From NCBI GenBank assembly GCA_965203325.1, contig OZ241875.1, positions 544,001 through 608,000 on the forward strand: a stretch of 64,000 bases of DNA. The letters are read 5' to 3'. The notes beneath the pieces are model-generated. The model saw nothing but the letters and a program-made list of their open reading frames with translations. It did not search any database and was not told the DNA's origin. Made by a program: the position numbers and the translations under genes. Below are positions 10,991-19,605 of the stretch, piece after piece. Every line of letters begins with the position of its first letter. The first letter of the stretch is position 1. Source of the stretch: a bacterium. Lineage in GTDB: Bacteria; UBA8248.

Positions 10991-11258
10991 CCGTCGCGCG
11001 GAAAACGCCGGGTCCGTTCGCTTCGCTCTTTCCGCTTTTTCCAGGTCCATCGGAACTCCTCCCGTTCGCGCGCCCGATCCTGCCCCGCGCGGGCGCAAGC
11101 CCGGTAACGCCAAATGCGGGGAAATGCGTTTCATCCGGTTTTTTCGCGCAACCCGCACCGGTTCCCCTCGGGATCCGGGAAAACGGGGAACGGGCCCAGG
11201 CCATCTCCCTGGGCTTTGGGAACAACGGGACAACCTTTCTCTTTTCCACTATCCCATG

Positions 11259-11285
11259 GGTAAGGCATAATGAAATCTGGTAAGG
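11259..11285 (+). promoter_or_regulatory. Putative operator of the AbrB-PIN module (GTAAGG direct repeats 20 bp apart)
   Basis: Same GTAAGG pair with the same 20-bp period upstream of the intact copy (17943, 17963) although the spacer has diverged. Confidence 0.5.
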
Positions 11286-11302
11286 GAAAGGGAGATCATG
11301 AA

Positions 11303-11668
11303 ATGTTCGAATCCACGATTACATCCAAAGGCCGGACGACGCTGCCCAAGCCGGTGCGCGAAGCCCTCGGCGTGCGGCCGGGCGATCACGTGCGCTATAT
11401 CATCCTGGGCGATGAGGTGCGCATCATCCCGATGCGGCCGCTCGCCCGGCTGTTCGGCGCGCTCAAATACGAAGGCCCCCGAAAACGCTCGAAGAGATGG
11501 AGCGCGCCGTCGCAGAAGGGGCCTGTGAGGAGTGATCGCGCTCGACACGAACGTCCTCGTCCGATATCTGGTCGCAGACGATGCAACCCAGACAGAAGCG
11601 GCGCATCCTCTCTCTACACCTTCGACAGACGAGCGGCGCAGATGGAGGGTGTGGTGTTGGTAGGATGA
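11303..11668 (+). pseudogene. Decayed AbrB/MazE antitoxin + PIN toxin module
   Basis: Close nucleotide paralog of 17985-18622; C5 instead of C6 at 11476-11480 frameshifts the antitoxin; 259 bp of the toxin deleted between GAAGCGGC microhomologies. Confidence 0.9.
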
Positions 11669-11845
11669 ATCTCGACAAAGAAGGAGGGATTTCCGAGCAA
11701 TATTAAAAACTAAAAGCATCCCCAAAACTTCTTGAACACCCATTGAAAAGAACCACCCGTCCGAAGTGATTGCTGTAGTTTCTTCTTGACATATATGTTG
11801 ATTTGTTAAAAAATAAATCAACACTAACTATTTGGGGTGTTCTCC

Positions 11846-12253
11846 ATGTCCAAATACGAACCCCTGACGACCCACCTTCGCGCATCCGGGCGGGCGTCGA
11901 TCCCCCTCACCTTCAATAAAATCGAGCGCATAGTCGGGGCGAAGCTGCCGCCCTCGGCCTTCAAATACCGCGCGTGGTGGTCGAACAACCCTACGAATAG
12001 CGTCATCACACACGCCTGGCTCGATGCGGGCTACAAGACGGCGAACGTGGACATGGCGGGCCGCAAACTCGTCTTTCGAAAATATGCAAAGAGTGAGTCG
12101 GCACCTGAATCCGTCAACGAACGAGAAACCACGAACGGGGCCGACGCCGGTTTATTCCAGCGCATCTACGGTGCGCTTCAGGGCACGGTAACGATTTCCC
12201 AGGATACGGACCTAACTTCCCCCACCGATGAAGAATGGGAAGCCTTGCGATAG
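11846..12253 (+). CDS. Putative antitoxin: DUF7662-like N-terminal domain with VapB-like tail
   Basis: KYEPL..HL...LTF.KIE..VG..LPPSA....AWWSN motif; C-terminal YGALQGTVTI...DLTSP...W; lies 6 bp upstream of a PIN gene. Confidence 0.6.
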   Translation: MSKYEPLTTHLRASGRASIPLTFNKIERIVGAKLPPSAFKYRAWWSNNPTNSVITHAWLDAGYKTANVDMAGRKLVFRKYAKSESAPESVNERETTNGADAGLFQRIYGALQGTVTISQDTDLTSPTDEEWEALR

Positions 12254-12259
12254 CCCGCC

Positions 12260-12667
12260 ATGCCGGCTTACCTCCTTGATACTTGTGCGGTGATCTGGAT
12301 TGCCGAAGGCGCGCGTCTGCAGGAACCTGCTGCGAGTGATCTCCCGAAAGCGCAAGACGGGGAGCTTTTTGTATCCCCCATAAGCGCATGGGAGATCGCT
12401 AATCTCGCGGCGAAGGGAAAAATCGCGCTCACGATGAGTCCCGAGGTCTGGTTCGAGCGTTTTTGCGATCAGCGAGGAGTAGTGCTGGCCGAGATGCCGC
12501 CTTCGGTGCTGATCGCCTCAGCCGTCCTCCCCGGCGCGCCTCCTGCCGATCCGGCGGATCGCATTCTCCTCGCCACGGCAAGGGAGTTCGGCTACACGCT
12601 GGTGACGAGAGATACGCACCTGCTCGAATACGGCGAGCAAGGGCACGCGCGGCTGATGGGGTGTTAA
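12260..12667 (+). CDS. vapC: VapC-family PIN toxin
   Basis: LLDTCAVIW, VSPISAWEI, DPADRIL and LVTRD motifs. Confidence 0.85.
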   Translation: MPAYLLDTCAVIWIAEGARLQEPAASDLPKAQDGELFVSPISAWEIANLAAKGKIALTMSPEVWFERFCDQRGVVLAEMPPSVLIASAVLPGAPPADPADRILLATAREFGYTLVTRDTHLLEYGEQGHARLMGC

Positions 12668-13064
12668 GGGGTGCATCATATTTGCGAATGATGTCCTAGG
12701 CTGGTTGATCTCAAGCATTTCAGCTTCCTTGCAATTTTCAAAAAGTTATTGAACACTAAATGCGAACACGAGGATTCTAAAAGACCCGAACCCACCATTA
12801 CATCATTGGGGCAAACGATTTTGCATTAGCCCATTGGGTAGGCGTTCGGCGTGCTTCCGGGGATCGCGTGCGCTAATTCTCGCCTTGCTCAATGTGAGGC
12901 GAAGTGTGTTTGTACGGTCCGTCTCTCGGCGGCTCGACGCGCTTAGGACGAGGACATCCAACGCGCCGTTACCGATCGCCGACGAGGAAAGTCGCGTACA
13001 TTACGAACGCCCTGACCACGCTGCTTTGACTTGGCACAATGAGCACTGTTTCAAAGGATAAACG

Positions 13065-13112
13065 GTGGCTTCAATTCCTGATAACGACCTTGACACACGA
13101 ATGCGAATGGCC
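13065..13112 (+). pseudogene. Detached 5' end (16 codons) of the HNH endonuclease gene interrupted by IS256
   Basis: AAAGGA RBS then GTG; frame MASIPDNDLDTRMRMA continues in frame into AFDRVRE after removing the IS and one copy of the target duplication. Confidence 0.75.
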
Positions 13113-14499
13113 GAGTTACGCTCAAAACTTGTGTATGGGCTGAATTGAAGAAGGCGGCGCATCCTGCTGAAATAGGGTTTGCCAAATAGCCCGGTCATTC
13201 AGCACAAGGAGATGCGCCACCATGAGAGAAGATACGACGATTCCCATGAAGAATCCAGCCCTACGGGACGAGTTGAGCGAACTGTTGCGCGCGGGCGCGC
13301 GACGAATCATCCGCCAGGCGGTGGAAGCGGAGTTGGCGGCGTTTCTCGAAGAATATGCGGGCGATCGTGACGCGCAGGGCCGCCGCGCGGTGGTTCGCAA
13401 CGGGTATCTGCCGTCGCGGGAGGTGTTGACGGGAGTGGGTCCGGTGCGTGTCCAGGTGCCCCGGACGCGGGACAGGTCGGGGTCGGGGCGGCGTTTCCGC
13501 TCGGAGTTGCTGCCGCCGTATCTGCGCAAGACGCGGCGCGTGGAAGCGGTGATACCGTGGCTGTACCTGAAGGGGGTATCGACGAACGACTTCGGCGAGG
13601 CGCTCACGGCGCTGTTCGGCGAGTCGGTGGGGGGCTTGTCCCCGGCGAGCGTCTCGCGGCTCAAGGAGGGCTGGGAGCGCGAGTACGCGCAGTGGCGCGA
13701 GCGGGCGTGGCACGGGGAGGAGTTCGCGTATCTGTGGGCGGACGGCATCTACGTGAACGTTCGCAGCGGGGAGCGGCGCTGCCTTCTGGTGGTCGTGGGC
13801 TGCGACGCGCGAGGCCGCAAGCGCTTCCTGGCCCTGGAGGCGGGGTTCCGTGAATCGAAGGAGAGCTGGAAGGCGGTTTTGTTGCGCCTGCGGGAGCGGG
13901 GCGTGAAGGCGGCGAAGCTCGCCGTGGGCGACGGGGGGCTGGGGTTGTGGTCGGCGCTGGCCGAGGTGTACCCCGGGACCCGGGCGCAGCGCTGCTGGGT
14001 GCACAAGACGGCGAACGTTCTCGACAAGCTGCCCAAGAGCGCTCAGGTCGAAGCGAGGCCGATGCTGTATGAGATGTGGAGGGCGGAGACCCGCGCGCAT
14101 GCGGAGAAGGCGTTCGAACGCTTTCTCGCCACCTGGGAGGCGAAGTATCCCAAGGCCGCCGCGTGCCTGTCGAGGGACCGCGAGGAGTTGTTCGCCTTCT
14201 ACGACTTCCCGGCGGCGCACTGGCGGAGCATTCGGACGACGAACCCGATCGAGTCGACCTTCGCCACGATCCGGCTGCGAACGGCGAAGACGAGGAACTG
14301 CCTGAGCGAGAAGACGGCGCTGAGCCTGATTCACCAACTCGCCATGAGCGCCGAGAAGCGATGGGGGCGGCTGGGCGGCTTGCGCCAGCTGGCCGACGTG
14401 ATCACCGACGTGAGGTTCATCGATGGGATGAACGAAAAACAAACCGGCAGGGAGGCCGCTGAACTCAAGACGGCCATACACAACATTTGACAGTAACTC
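13113..14499 (+). mobile_element. IS256-family insertion sequence, copy 1 (1387 bp)
   Basis: 26-bp imperfect TIRs GAGTTACGCTCAAAACTTGTGTATGG / CCATACACAACATTTGACAGTAACTC; 9-bp target duplication CGAATGGCC (13104-13112, 14500-14508). Confidence 0.95.
13222..14490 (+). CDS. IS256-family (mutator) transposase
   Basis: RNGY, VPRTRDR, LYLKGVST, WADG, VGDG, QRCWVHK and IRTTNPIES motifs. Confidence 0.95.
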   Translation: MREDTTIPMKNPALRDELSELLRAGARRIIRQAVEAELAAFLEEYAGDRDAQGRRAVVRNGYLPSREVLTGVGPVRVQVPRTRDRSGSGRRFRSELLPPYLRKTRRVEAVIPWLYLKGVSTNDFGEALTALFGESVGGLSPASVSRLKEGWEREYAQWRERAWHGEEFAYLWADGIYVNVRSGERRCLLVVVGCDARGRKRFLALEAGFRESKESWKAVLLRLRERGVKAAKLAVGDGGLGLWSALAEVYPGTRAQRCWVHKTANVLDKLPKSAQVEARPMLYEMWRAETRAHAEKAFERFLATWEAKYPKAAACLSRDREELFAFYDFPAAHWRSIRTTNPIESTFATIRLRTAKTRNCLSEKTALSLIHQLAMSAEKRWGRLGGLRQLADVITDVRFIDGMNEKQTGREAAELKTAIHNI

Positions 14500-14502
14500 C
14501 GA

Positions 14503-15396
14503 ATGGCCGCTTTCGATCGCGTTCGGGAATTACAGGAAATACATGATCACCTGACTGCAAATGAGTTAGGTCCGGGTTTTATTTTCGAGGGCAAACGCAC
14601 CCCGCTCGTCAATCCGCAACGCGGCATTTTCAAACCCCGACAAATGCGATTCTTGCTTTCGATCAGGACTGTATTTCCGGTGCCGGGCGGAAGAATCTGG
14701 TATGACGATCAGCGCGAAGTTCACCGCCAGATATATGAGGGCGACGAAACGGTTGATTACGCGTTCATGGGGGAAAACCCGGAAGCTGCCGACAACCGTT
14801 GGCTGCGCGAAGCGTTCGAGAACAAAAAGCCGGTGATCTATTTCCTCGGCGTTGCGCCAAGGAGGTACCAGGCCATCCTGCCAGTTTTCATTACAGGATG
14901 GGACGCCGGAGCACTGAAGGCGCAAGTTGCGTTTGGAGCGCCGGGCCAAGAGATACTCTCACCACCCAAAAATGCCGTGGAGCGTCGTTATGCCCTGCGC
15001 TCCGTGAAACATCGGCTGCATCAAACATCGTTTCGAGAGGCCGTCATCACCGCCTATAACGGCCGTTGCGCGCTGTCGGGGATACCCGAACCACGTCTGT
15101 TGGATGCAGCGCACATTATTTCAGACAAGGATGAACGGCTCGGCCAGCCGGTAATCCCCAACGGCATCCCGTTGTCGAAAACCCATCATGCCGCCTTCGA
15201 TAAACATCTGATCGGGATCGACCCGGACTACCGTGTGCATGTCTCCGACCAACTGCTTAGCAAGCATGATGGCCCCATGCTCGAAGCGCTAAAGCAACTC
15301 AATGGTGGAGCTATTCATCTCCCCAAACGCAATAAGGACGAACCGGATCGAGACCGCCTTGCGCTGCGTTTCGAGCGCTTCAAGGCAACAGCGTAA
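14503..15396 (+). CDS. HNH endonuclease (putative restriction endonuclease), 5'-truncated by IS256
   Basis: RLHQTSFREAVITAYNGRCALSG...LDAAHII...NGIPLSKTHHAAFD HNH motif; the ATG lies inside the duplicated target. Confidence 0.85.
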   Translation: MAAFDRVRELQEIHDHLTANELGPGFIFEGKRTPLVNPQRGIFKPRQMRFLLSIRTVFPVPGGRIWYDDQREVHRQIYEGDETVDYAFMGENPEAADNRWLREAFENKKPVIYFLGVAPRRYQAILPVFITGWDAGALKAQVAFGAPGQEILSPPKNAVERRYALRSVKHRLHQTSFREAVITAYNGRCALSGIPEPRLLDAAHIISDKDERLGQPVIPNGIPLSKTHHAAFDKHLIGIDPDYRVHVSDQLLSKHDGPMLEALKQLNGGAIHLPKRNKDEPDRDRLALRFERFKATA

Positions 15397-15494
15397 GTCC
15401 CCTTCCGTTTGATACATCAGAACCGATTGTTACGAAGCGCGAAAGCCGAACTTCGGCAGGGTGGGGACCGCAAACGCGAAGGCCCGGACGAGCA

Positions 15495-16082
15495 TCAATC
15501 TCTCCCGGCAGCTTTTTTCACGGCGTCGGTAAGTCCGTGATAGGCAACGGGGCGAGCGAGTTTTTCCAGAGCAGACAGCGATATCGACTTACGCTTATCG
15601 AGCTTTGATGTAGCAAGCGCGTAGAACTTCCACTGATCGAGGTCGAGCGGGTCAATCGGTGCTTCCCGTTGCGCAAAGAGCGCGAACACATAGAGGTCGG
15701 CGTGATGTTTGGGTTCAGGATCTAACTGGCCGCTTTCAGGATCCCATGCTTGCGTTTTGGGCGTCCTGAAACTGATTCGTGACAAGCGCTCCTGGACCCA
15801 ACTCTGGACATACGCCGCGGATTTGACCTCTATCTTTATCCCGTCCGGCATTTCGAGGTCGAACGGCGCCCACCCGTCGCGAATTTCCTTATCCATTGGT
15901 ATTTCAAGAGCGCGGGCCACGATGTATTCCGCCAGAATGCCTCGGGCGGTGTTGCCGACCAGATCGGAAGCCGACCACCGCCAATAATCAAGCACGTTGA
16001 AATCGAGATCGGAGCCGTGCGCGCGAAAACGCTCGGAACCGTCTTTTTTTACGACTTTGAGTTTCTCTAAAGCATCCGTCAT
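15495..16082 (-). CDS. Hypothetical PD-(D/E)XK nuclease-like protein
   Basis: RGILAEYIV...FDL...IKIEVKS pattern. Confidence 0.6.
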   Translation of the reverse strand: MTDALEKLKVVKKDGSERFRAHGSDLDFNVLDYWRWSASDLVGNTARGILAEYIVARALEIPMDKEIRDGWAPFDLEMPDGIKIEVKSAAYVQSWVQERLSRISFRTPKTQAWDPESGQLDPEPKHHADLYVFALFAQREAPIDPLDLDQWKFYALATSKLDKRKSISLSALEKLARPVAYHGLTDAVKKAAGRD

Positions 16083-16150
16083 AAATGCCTCCGAAACAGT
16101 TCCCCTGCCTCCTCAATGCGCGGACCTTGCTCTTTTCGCTTTAATCGCCT

Positions 16151-17428
16151 TCAAACATCCTCAACCCCCGTCTCGAAAAACAGACCGTCATAAAGGAATG
16201 CGCTGCGGATCGCCTCGCAGTCGCGTTCGCTCACGCCGACGCCGCGCATCGTTTGTCGCCATGAAGCGCGCGCCGTATCGACGATGCGCGAGAAGATGGC
16301 CTCGGCCTCATCCGCGCCGAGGAGAAAACGGCCCGCCGCGCCGATGAGGTTCGCCTTGTTGGCCGACCTGCCCGCCGGGCCGCACGTCATCGCCAGATCG
16401 CGCCGCTCCTGCGCGACGACCGGCATCGGCGTAAGATCGTAGGCGGGGCTGAGCCGCCACTGTCTCCCTTTCGCAAGCAGCGCGTGGTTGCGCGGGTGAT
16501 CGTCGAGATTCGAAACCGCCGCGTTGAAACACATGCGCGCGAACAGTTCGCGCAGGTCTTCTTCGGGGCGCACGCTCCCGCGCCGAAGTTCATCGGCGAG
16601 CAACAGATAAGACCACCGCCCCCGCGCGGCGGGGTTGTCTTCCGATTGCAGCAGCGTGAGGGCGCTCACCATCCGGTGGCGCTGGTAGCCTTCCCCGCTC
16701 CACTCGCGGTCGAAGCGACGCACGAGCAACACGTCGCGCCCGCCGACACTTTCCACCCGGCTCTCCGCGACATCGACTCCGCATTCTCTCGCCAGAACCA
16801 GCAACCCGTGTTCGACGCGCGGGTGGTTCCAGCGGTCGTCCAGTCTTCCGAACTTGGCGAGCCACAGGGCCAGCTCGTCCTCCACAACGACCTTGGGACG
16901 TGCGCCGCCCATCGACGTGCCAATCAACAACAACTCTTCGGCCTGCGCTTGGGCGGACCCACCTCCCTCGGGATCATCTGCGACGATGGCGTCGGCGGCG
17001 GCTTGCAGGCGGTCCAATTCGATCGTGCGGTTGAACCAGCGGCGCACCGGCGGCACCTCGACGACGGGGCCGAAGCCGAGCGCCCCCGCGCGGTCGTCGG
17101 GTCCTCGCACCAGATAGTCGAATTCATCGAGCCCGGTCTGTCCGCGGTTTCTTTCAATGACGAGGCGGCCCCAATAATCCGGCATGGAATCGCGTATGGC
17201 GCCGAAAAATCCGCTCATGCGCGCCGTCTCATACTCGCGCTCGGCGAGGCGCAACTCGACCGGGTCGAGCTCCACGGCGTCATCGCGCCCGAGATAGCTG
17301 CGTCCGTAGACGAATCGCCCAAGCGCCGCACCGTCGCGCATCTCCTCCACCCGGAAACGACCCGCCGTCACGAACTCCGTCTCTCCGGGGAGGACGATAT
17401 AGACGAAGCACTCGCCCTCAGAAGTCAT
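16151..17428 (-). CDS. hipA: HipA-family kinase toxin
   Basis: PDYWGR, GTSMGGARPK, LAKF, RRFDR, DDHPRNH and LSPAYDL motifs. Confidence 0.9.
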   Translation of the reverse strand: MTSEGECFVYIVLPGETEFVTAGRFRVEEMRDGAALGRFVYGRSYLGRDDAVELDPVELRLAEREYETARMSGFFGAIRDSMPDYWGRLVIERNRGQTGLDEFDYLVRGPDDRAGALGFGPVVEVPPVRRWFNRTIELDRLQAAADAIVADDPEGGGSAQAQAEELLLIGTSMGGARPKVVVEDELALWLAKFGRLDDRWNHPRVEHGLLVLARECGVDVAESRVESVGGRDVLLVRRFDREWSGEGYQRHRMVSALTLLQSEDNPAARGRWSYLLLADELRRGSVRPEEDLRELFARMCFNAAVSNLDDHPRNHALLAKGRQWRLSPAYDLTPMPVVAQERRDLAMTCGPAGRSANKANLIGAAGRFLLGADEAEAIFSRIVDTARASWRQTMRGVGVSERDCEAIRSAFLYDGLFFETGVEDV

Positions 17429-17759
17429 TGTCGAGCCTCCTGCGGCGCGGCGCTTGCCGGGGACTTCTGGCGCTTTCGAGCGTCTTGCCCTCCTCGTCCC
17501 TGTCGGGGTCAGCCACCTCGCTCATCCCCTCCAGCAGGCCGAGCGCCCACAGCGCCCCCGCGTAGGCGGCCATCGACGCGCCCGGCTTGCCCTTCTCGAC
17601 GTCCGCGACCGTGAAGCGCGAAGCGCCGATGCGGTTCGCCACATCCTCGATGCGCAGCCTCCGGCGCAGGCGCGCCGTGCGGATGTTCCGCCCCAGACGC
17701 CGGATGGCGTCCTCGACGGCGGCCGGTGGCGTCCGTGTAATCCTGCCTTTATTCGCCAT
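17418..17759 (-). CDS. XRE-family HTH antitoxin (HipB-like)
   Basis: LGRNIRTARLRRRL....VA.RIG.SR.TV..VEKG HTH; overlaps the hipA start. Confidence 0.85.
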   Translation of the reverse strand: MANKGRITRTPPAAVEDAIRRLGRNIRTARLRRRLRIEDVANRIGASRFTVADVEKGKPGASMAAYAGALWALGLLEGMSEVADPDRDEEGKTLESARSPRQAPRRRRLDNDF

Positions 17760-17984
17760 ATTGCAAATATCCATCATATAAGAGATATATGTTGGTTAAA
17801 ATCATCATAAATGATACGGGAATGGCGTTTCCCCCGTCAAGCGAAAAGGAGTTATGCGTTTCTTGGGAGAATTATATGGATTTCATAAACCGGCTAAATT
17901 CCATATAAACGCGCCAACTATTCCCTTGCTTAACCTATGGAAGTAAGGCATTATTATATTAAGTAAGGAATAGGAGGGTTCCGC

Positions 17985-18218
17985 ATGGTCGAATCCACGA
18001 TTACCTCGAAGGGCCAAACGACGCTGCCCAAGCCGGTACGCGAAGCCCTCGGCGTACGGCCGGGCGACCGCGTGCGCTATATCATCCTGGGCGATGAGGT
18101 GCGCATCATCCCGATGCGGCCCATCGCCCGGCTGTTCGGCATGCTCAAATACGAAGGCCCCCCGAAGACGCTCGAAGATATGGAGCGCGCTATCGCTGAG
18201 GGGGCGAGTGAGGAGTGA
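17985..18218 (+). CDS. AbrB/MazE/SpoVT-family antitoxin
   Basis: STITSKGQTTLPKPVREALGVRPGD motif; GGAGG RBS. Confidence 0.9.
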   Translation: MVESTITSKGQTTLPKPVREALGVRPGDRVRYIILGDEVRIIPMRPIARLFGMLKYEGPPKTLEDMERAIAEGASEE

Positions 18219-18622
18219 TCGCGCTCGACACGAACGCCCTCGTCCGATATCTGGTCGCGGATGATGCGTCCCAGACAGAAGCGGCCCAAGGTCTGATAGC
18301 AGGGCTGACTGCCGAGCGGCCCGGCTTTATTTGCCGCGAGGTGACTGTCGAACTCGTCTGGGTGCTGGAGCGAACCTATCGGTTTTCCCGAGAACGAATC
18401 GTAGAGGTGCTGGATGAACTCGTAGCTACCGAAGAACTCGAAATCGAGGCGGCGGACGACGTCGCCCGCGCCGCTTTCCATTACCGGCGCGGCGGGGCCG
18501 GTTTTTCCGACCTCATGATCGCAGCCGCCGCGAACCGAAGCGGCGCATCCTCACTCTACACCTTCGACAGACGAGCAGCGCAGATGGAGGGGGTGGAGTT
18601 GGTAGAGGTCCATGCCGGTTGA
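18215..18622 (+). CDS. vapC: VapC-family PIN toxin
   Basis: IALDTNALVR, VELVWVL, GFSDLMI and YTFD motifs; GTGA overlap with the antitoxin. Confidence 0.9.
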   Translation: MIALDTNALVRYLVADDASQTEAAQGLIAGLTAERPGFICREVTVELVWVLERTYRFSRERIVEVLDELVATEELEIEAADDVARAAFHYRRGGAGFSDLMIAAAANRSGASSLYTFDRRAAQMEGVELVEVHAG

Positions 18623-18702
18623 GGGGGAAGGATTCCATTTTCTTATGTAGCAAAAACTTCATGAAGGGAAATACCGTTTCCTCCAATCACGATGAAATCT
18701 TG

Positions 18703-19542
18703 TCAGTCCAATTCCTTTTTCTTCGAATCGTAATGTTTAGTTGAAAACCACCTATTTCCTATTTCATCGAACTCTATATCAATTTTCGTGACGTGGCAGG
18801 GAACAGCAGTTATGGGCTCCGCGTCTTCGACGTTGAAAAGGGCAATGTTGTATCCCATCTCGCCAAATTGACTTCGATAGGCGATAGCGTCGTAGCCAGC
18901 GCCTCGAAAAAGCTCTGCGAGAATTTGCGTGGGCGCGTAATCTGCTGAGGCGTCAGAACGCCTCACCGGACGTGAAAACGCGTTGTCAATTTCGATCCAC
19001 ACTGCTTCCTCTTTTGTTTCGGCATCAATTGTTTTCGGATCGTCAATTTGCTTCAAAGTCAGGTGACCGATCCAAAATTTACCATGTCCTCGGGACAAAT
19101 CGAGTGCTTTCAGATCACGGAGAACCTTGAATTGAGCGACTGATATCTCCGATCCTATCCACGGCCTCACTTCGGAAATCGCCGTTTGTTCAGTCGTGGC
19201 AAGGTAAAGTACAGGAAGACCTGCCGGATTAGCCCGCCCTTCCTTGGCGCGGTCTTCAAGCGGCTTCATTCGTTCTGCGCCGAACGCATATGGTCCTGTA
19301 GGCCATTCATTGCCGTTCTCGTCTACATCTTCCCTGTATTCAACATCTTGCTGAGCGCGGAAAAACACGGTGCCTTTGGAAATAGGCTCATCGCGATCCT
19401 TCAGAGTCTCGCGAACCGTATCCAGGAACGCCTCGACTTCTTTTCCCCAAACAAATCGCCGGCCACGACGAACTCGCTTGGCGAACTTCCCGTAGCTCAC
19501 AACAGAGACAAACTCGGGCTTCGTTGGATCATCTAAATCCAT
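18703..19542 (-). CDS. RES-domain protein
   Basis: FFRAQ, EGRANPAG..VLYLA, AISEVRP, Y.PTQ.LAE and AIAYRS motifs (R-E-S residues). Confidence 0.85.
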   Translation of the reverse strand: MDLDDPTKPEFVSVVSYGKFAKRVRRGRRFVWGKEVEAFLDTVRETLKDRDEPISKGTVFFRAQQDVEYREDVDENGNEWPTGPYAFGAERMKPLEDRAKEGRANPAGLPVLYLATTEQTAISEVRPWIGSEISVAQFKVLRDLKALDLSRGHGKFWIGHLTLKQIDDPKTIDAETKEEAVWIEIDNAFSRPVRRSDASADYAPTQILAELFRGAGYDAIAYRSQFGEMGYNIALFNVEDAEPITAVPCHVTKIDIEFDEIGNRWFSTKHYDSKKKELD

Positions 19543-19605
19543 AACGAAACTCTAAATGGAAAATATGGAAAGAATTAAAAATGGTCTATGAGAGCTACTA
19601 CCCCC

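Noticed and set aside
7314..11233. Long minus-strand ORFs 7314-9002 and 9272-11233
   Set aside because: Antisense shadows of aroA, tenA and tag in high-GC DNA; no motifs.
14487..14520. IS256 hybrid promoter from the outward TTGACA at the right end
   Set aside because: TTGACA is present, but there is no plausible -10 hexamer about 17 bp downstream at either insertion site.
17872..17908. 9-bp inverted repeat TTATATGGA/TCCATATAA between the divergent HipB-like and AbrB genes
   Set aside because: Could be an operator, but it is single, short and in AT-rich DNA, so it cannot be supported further.
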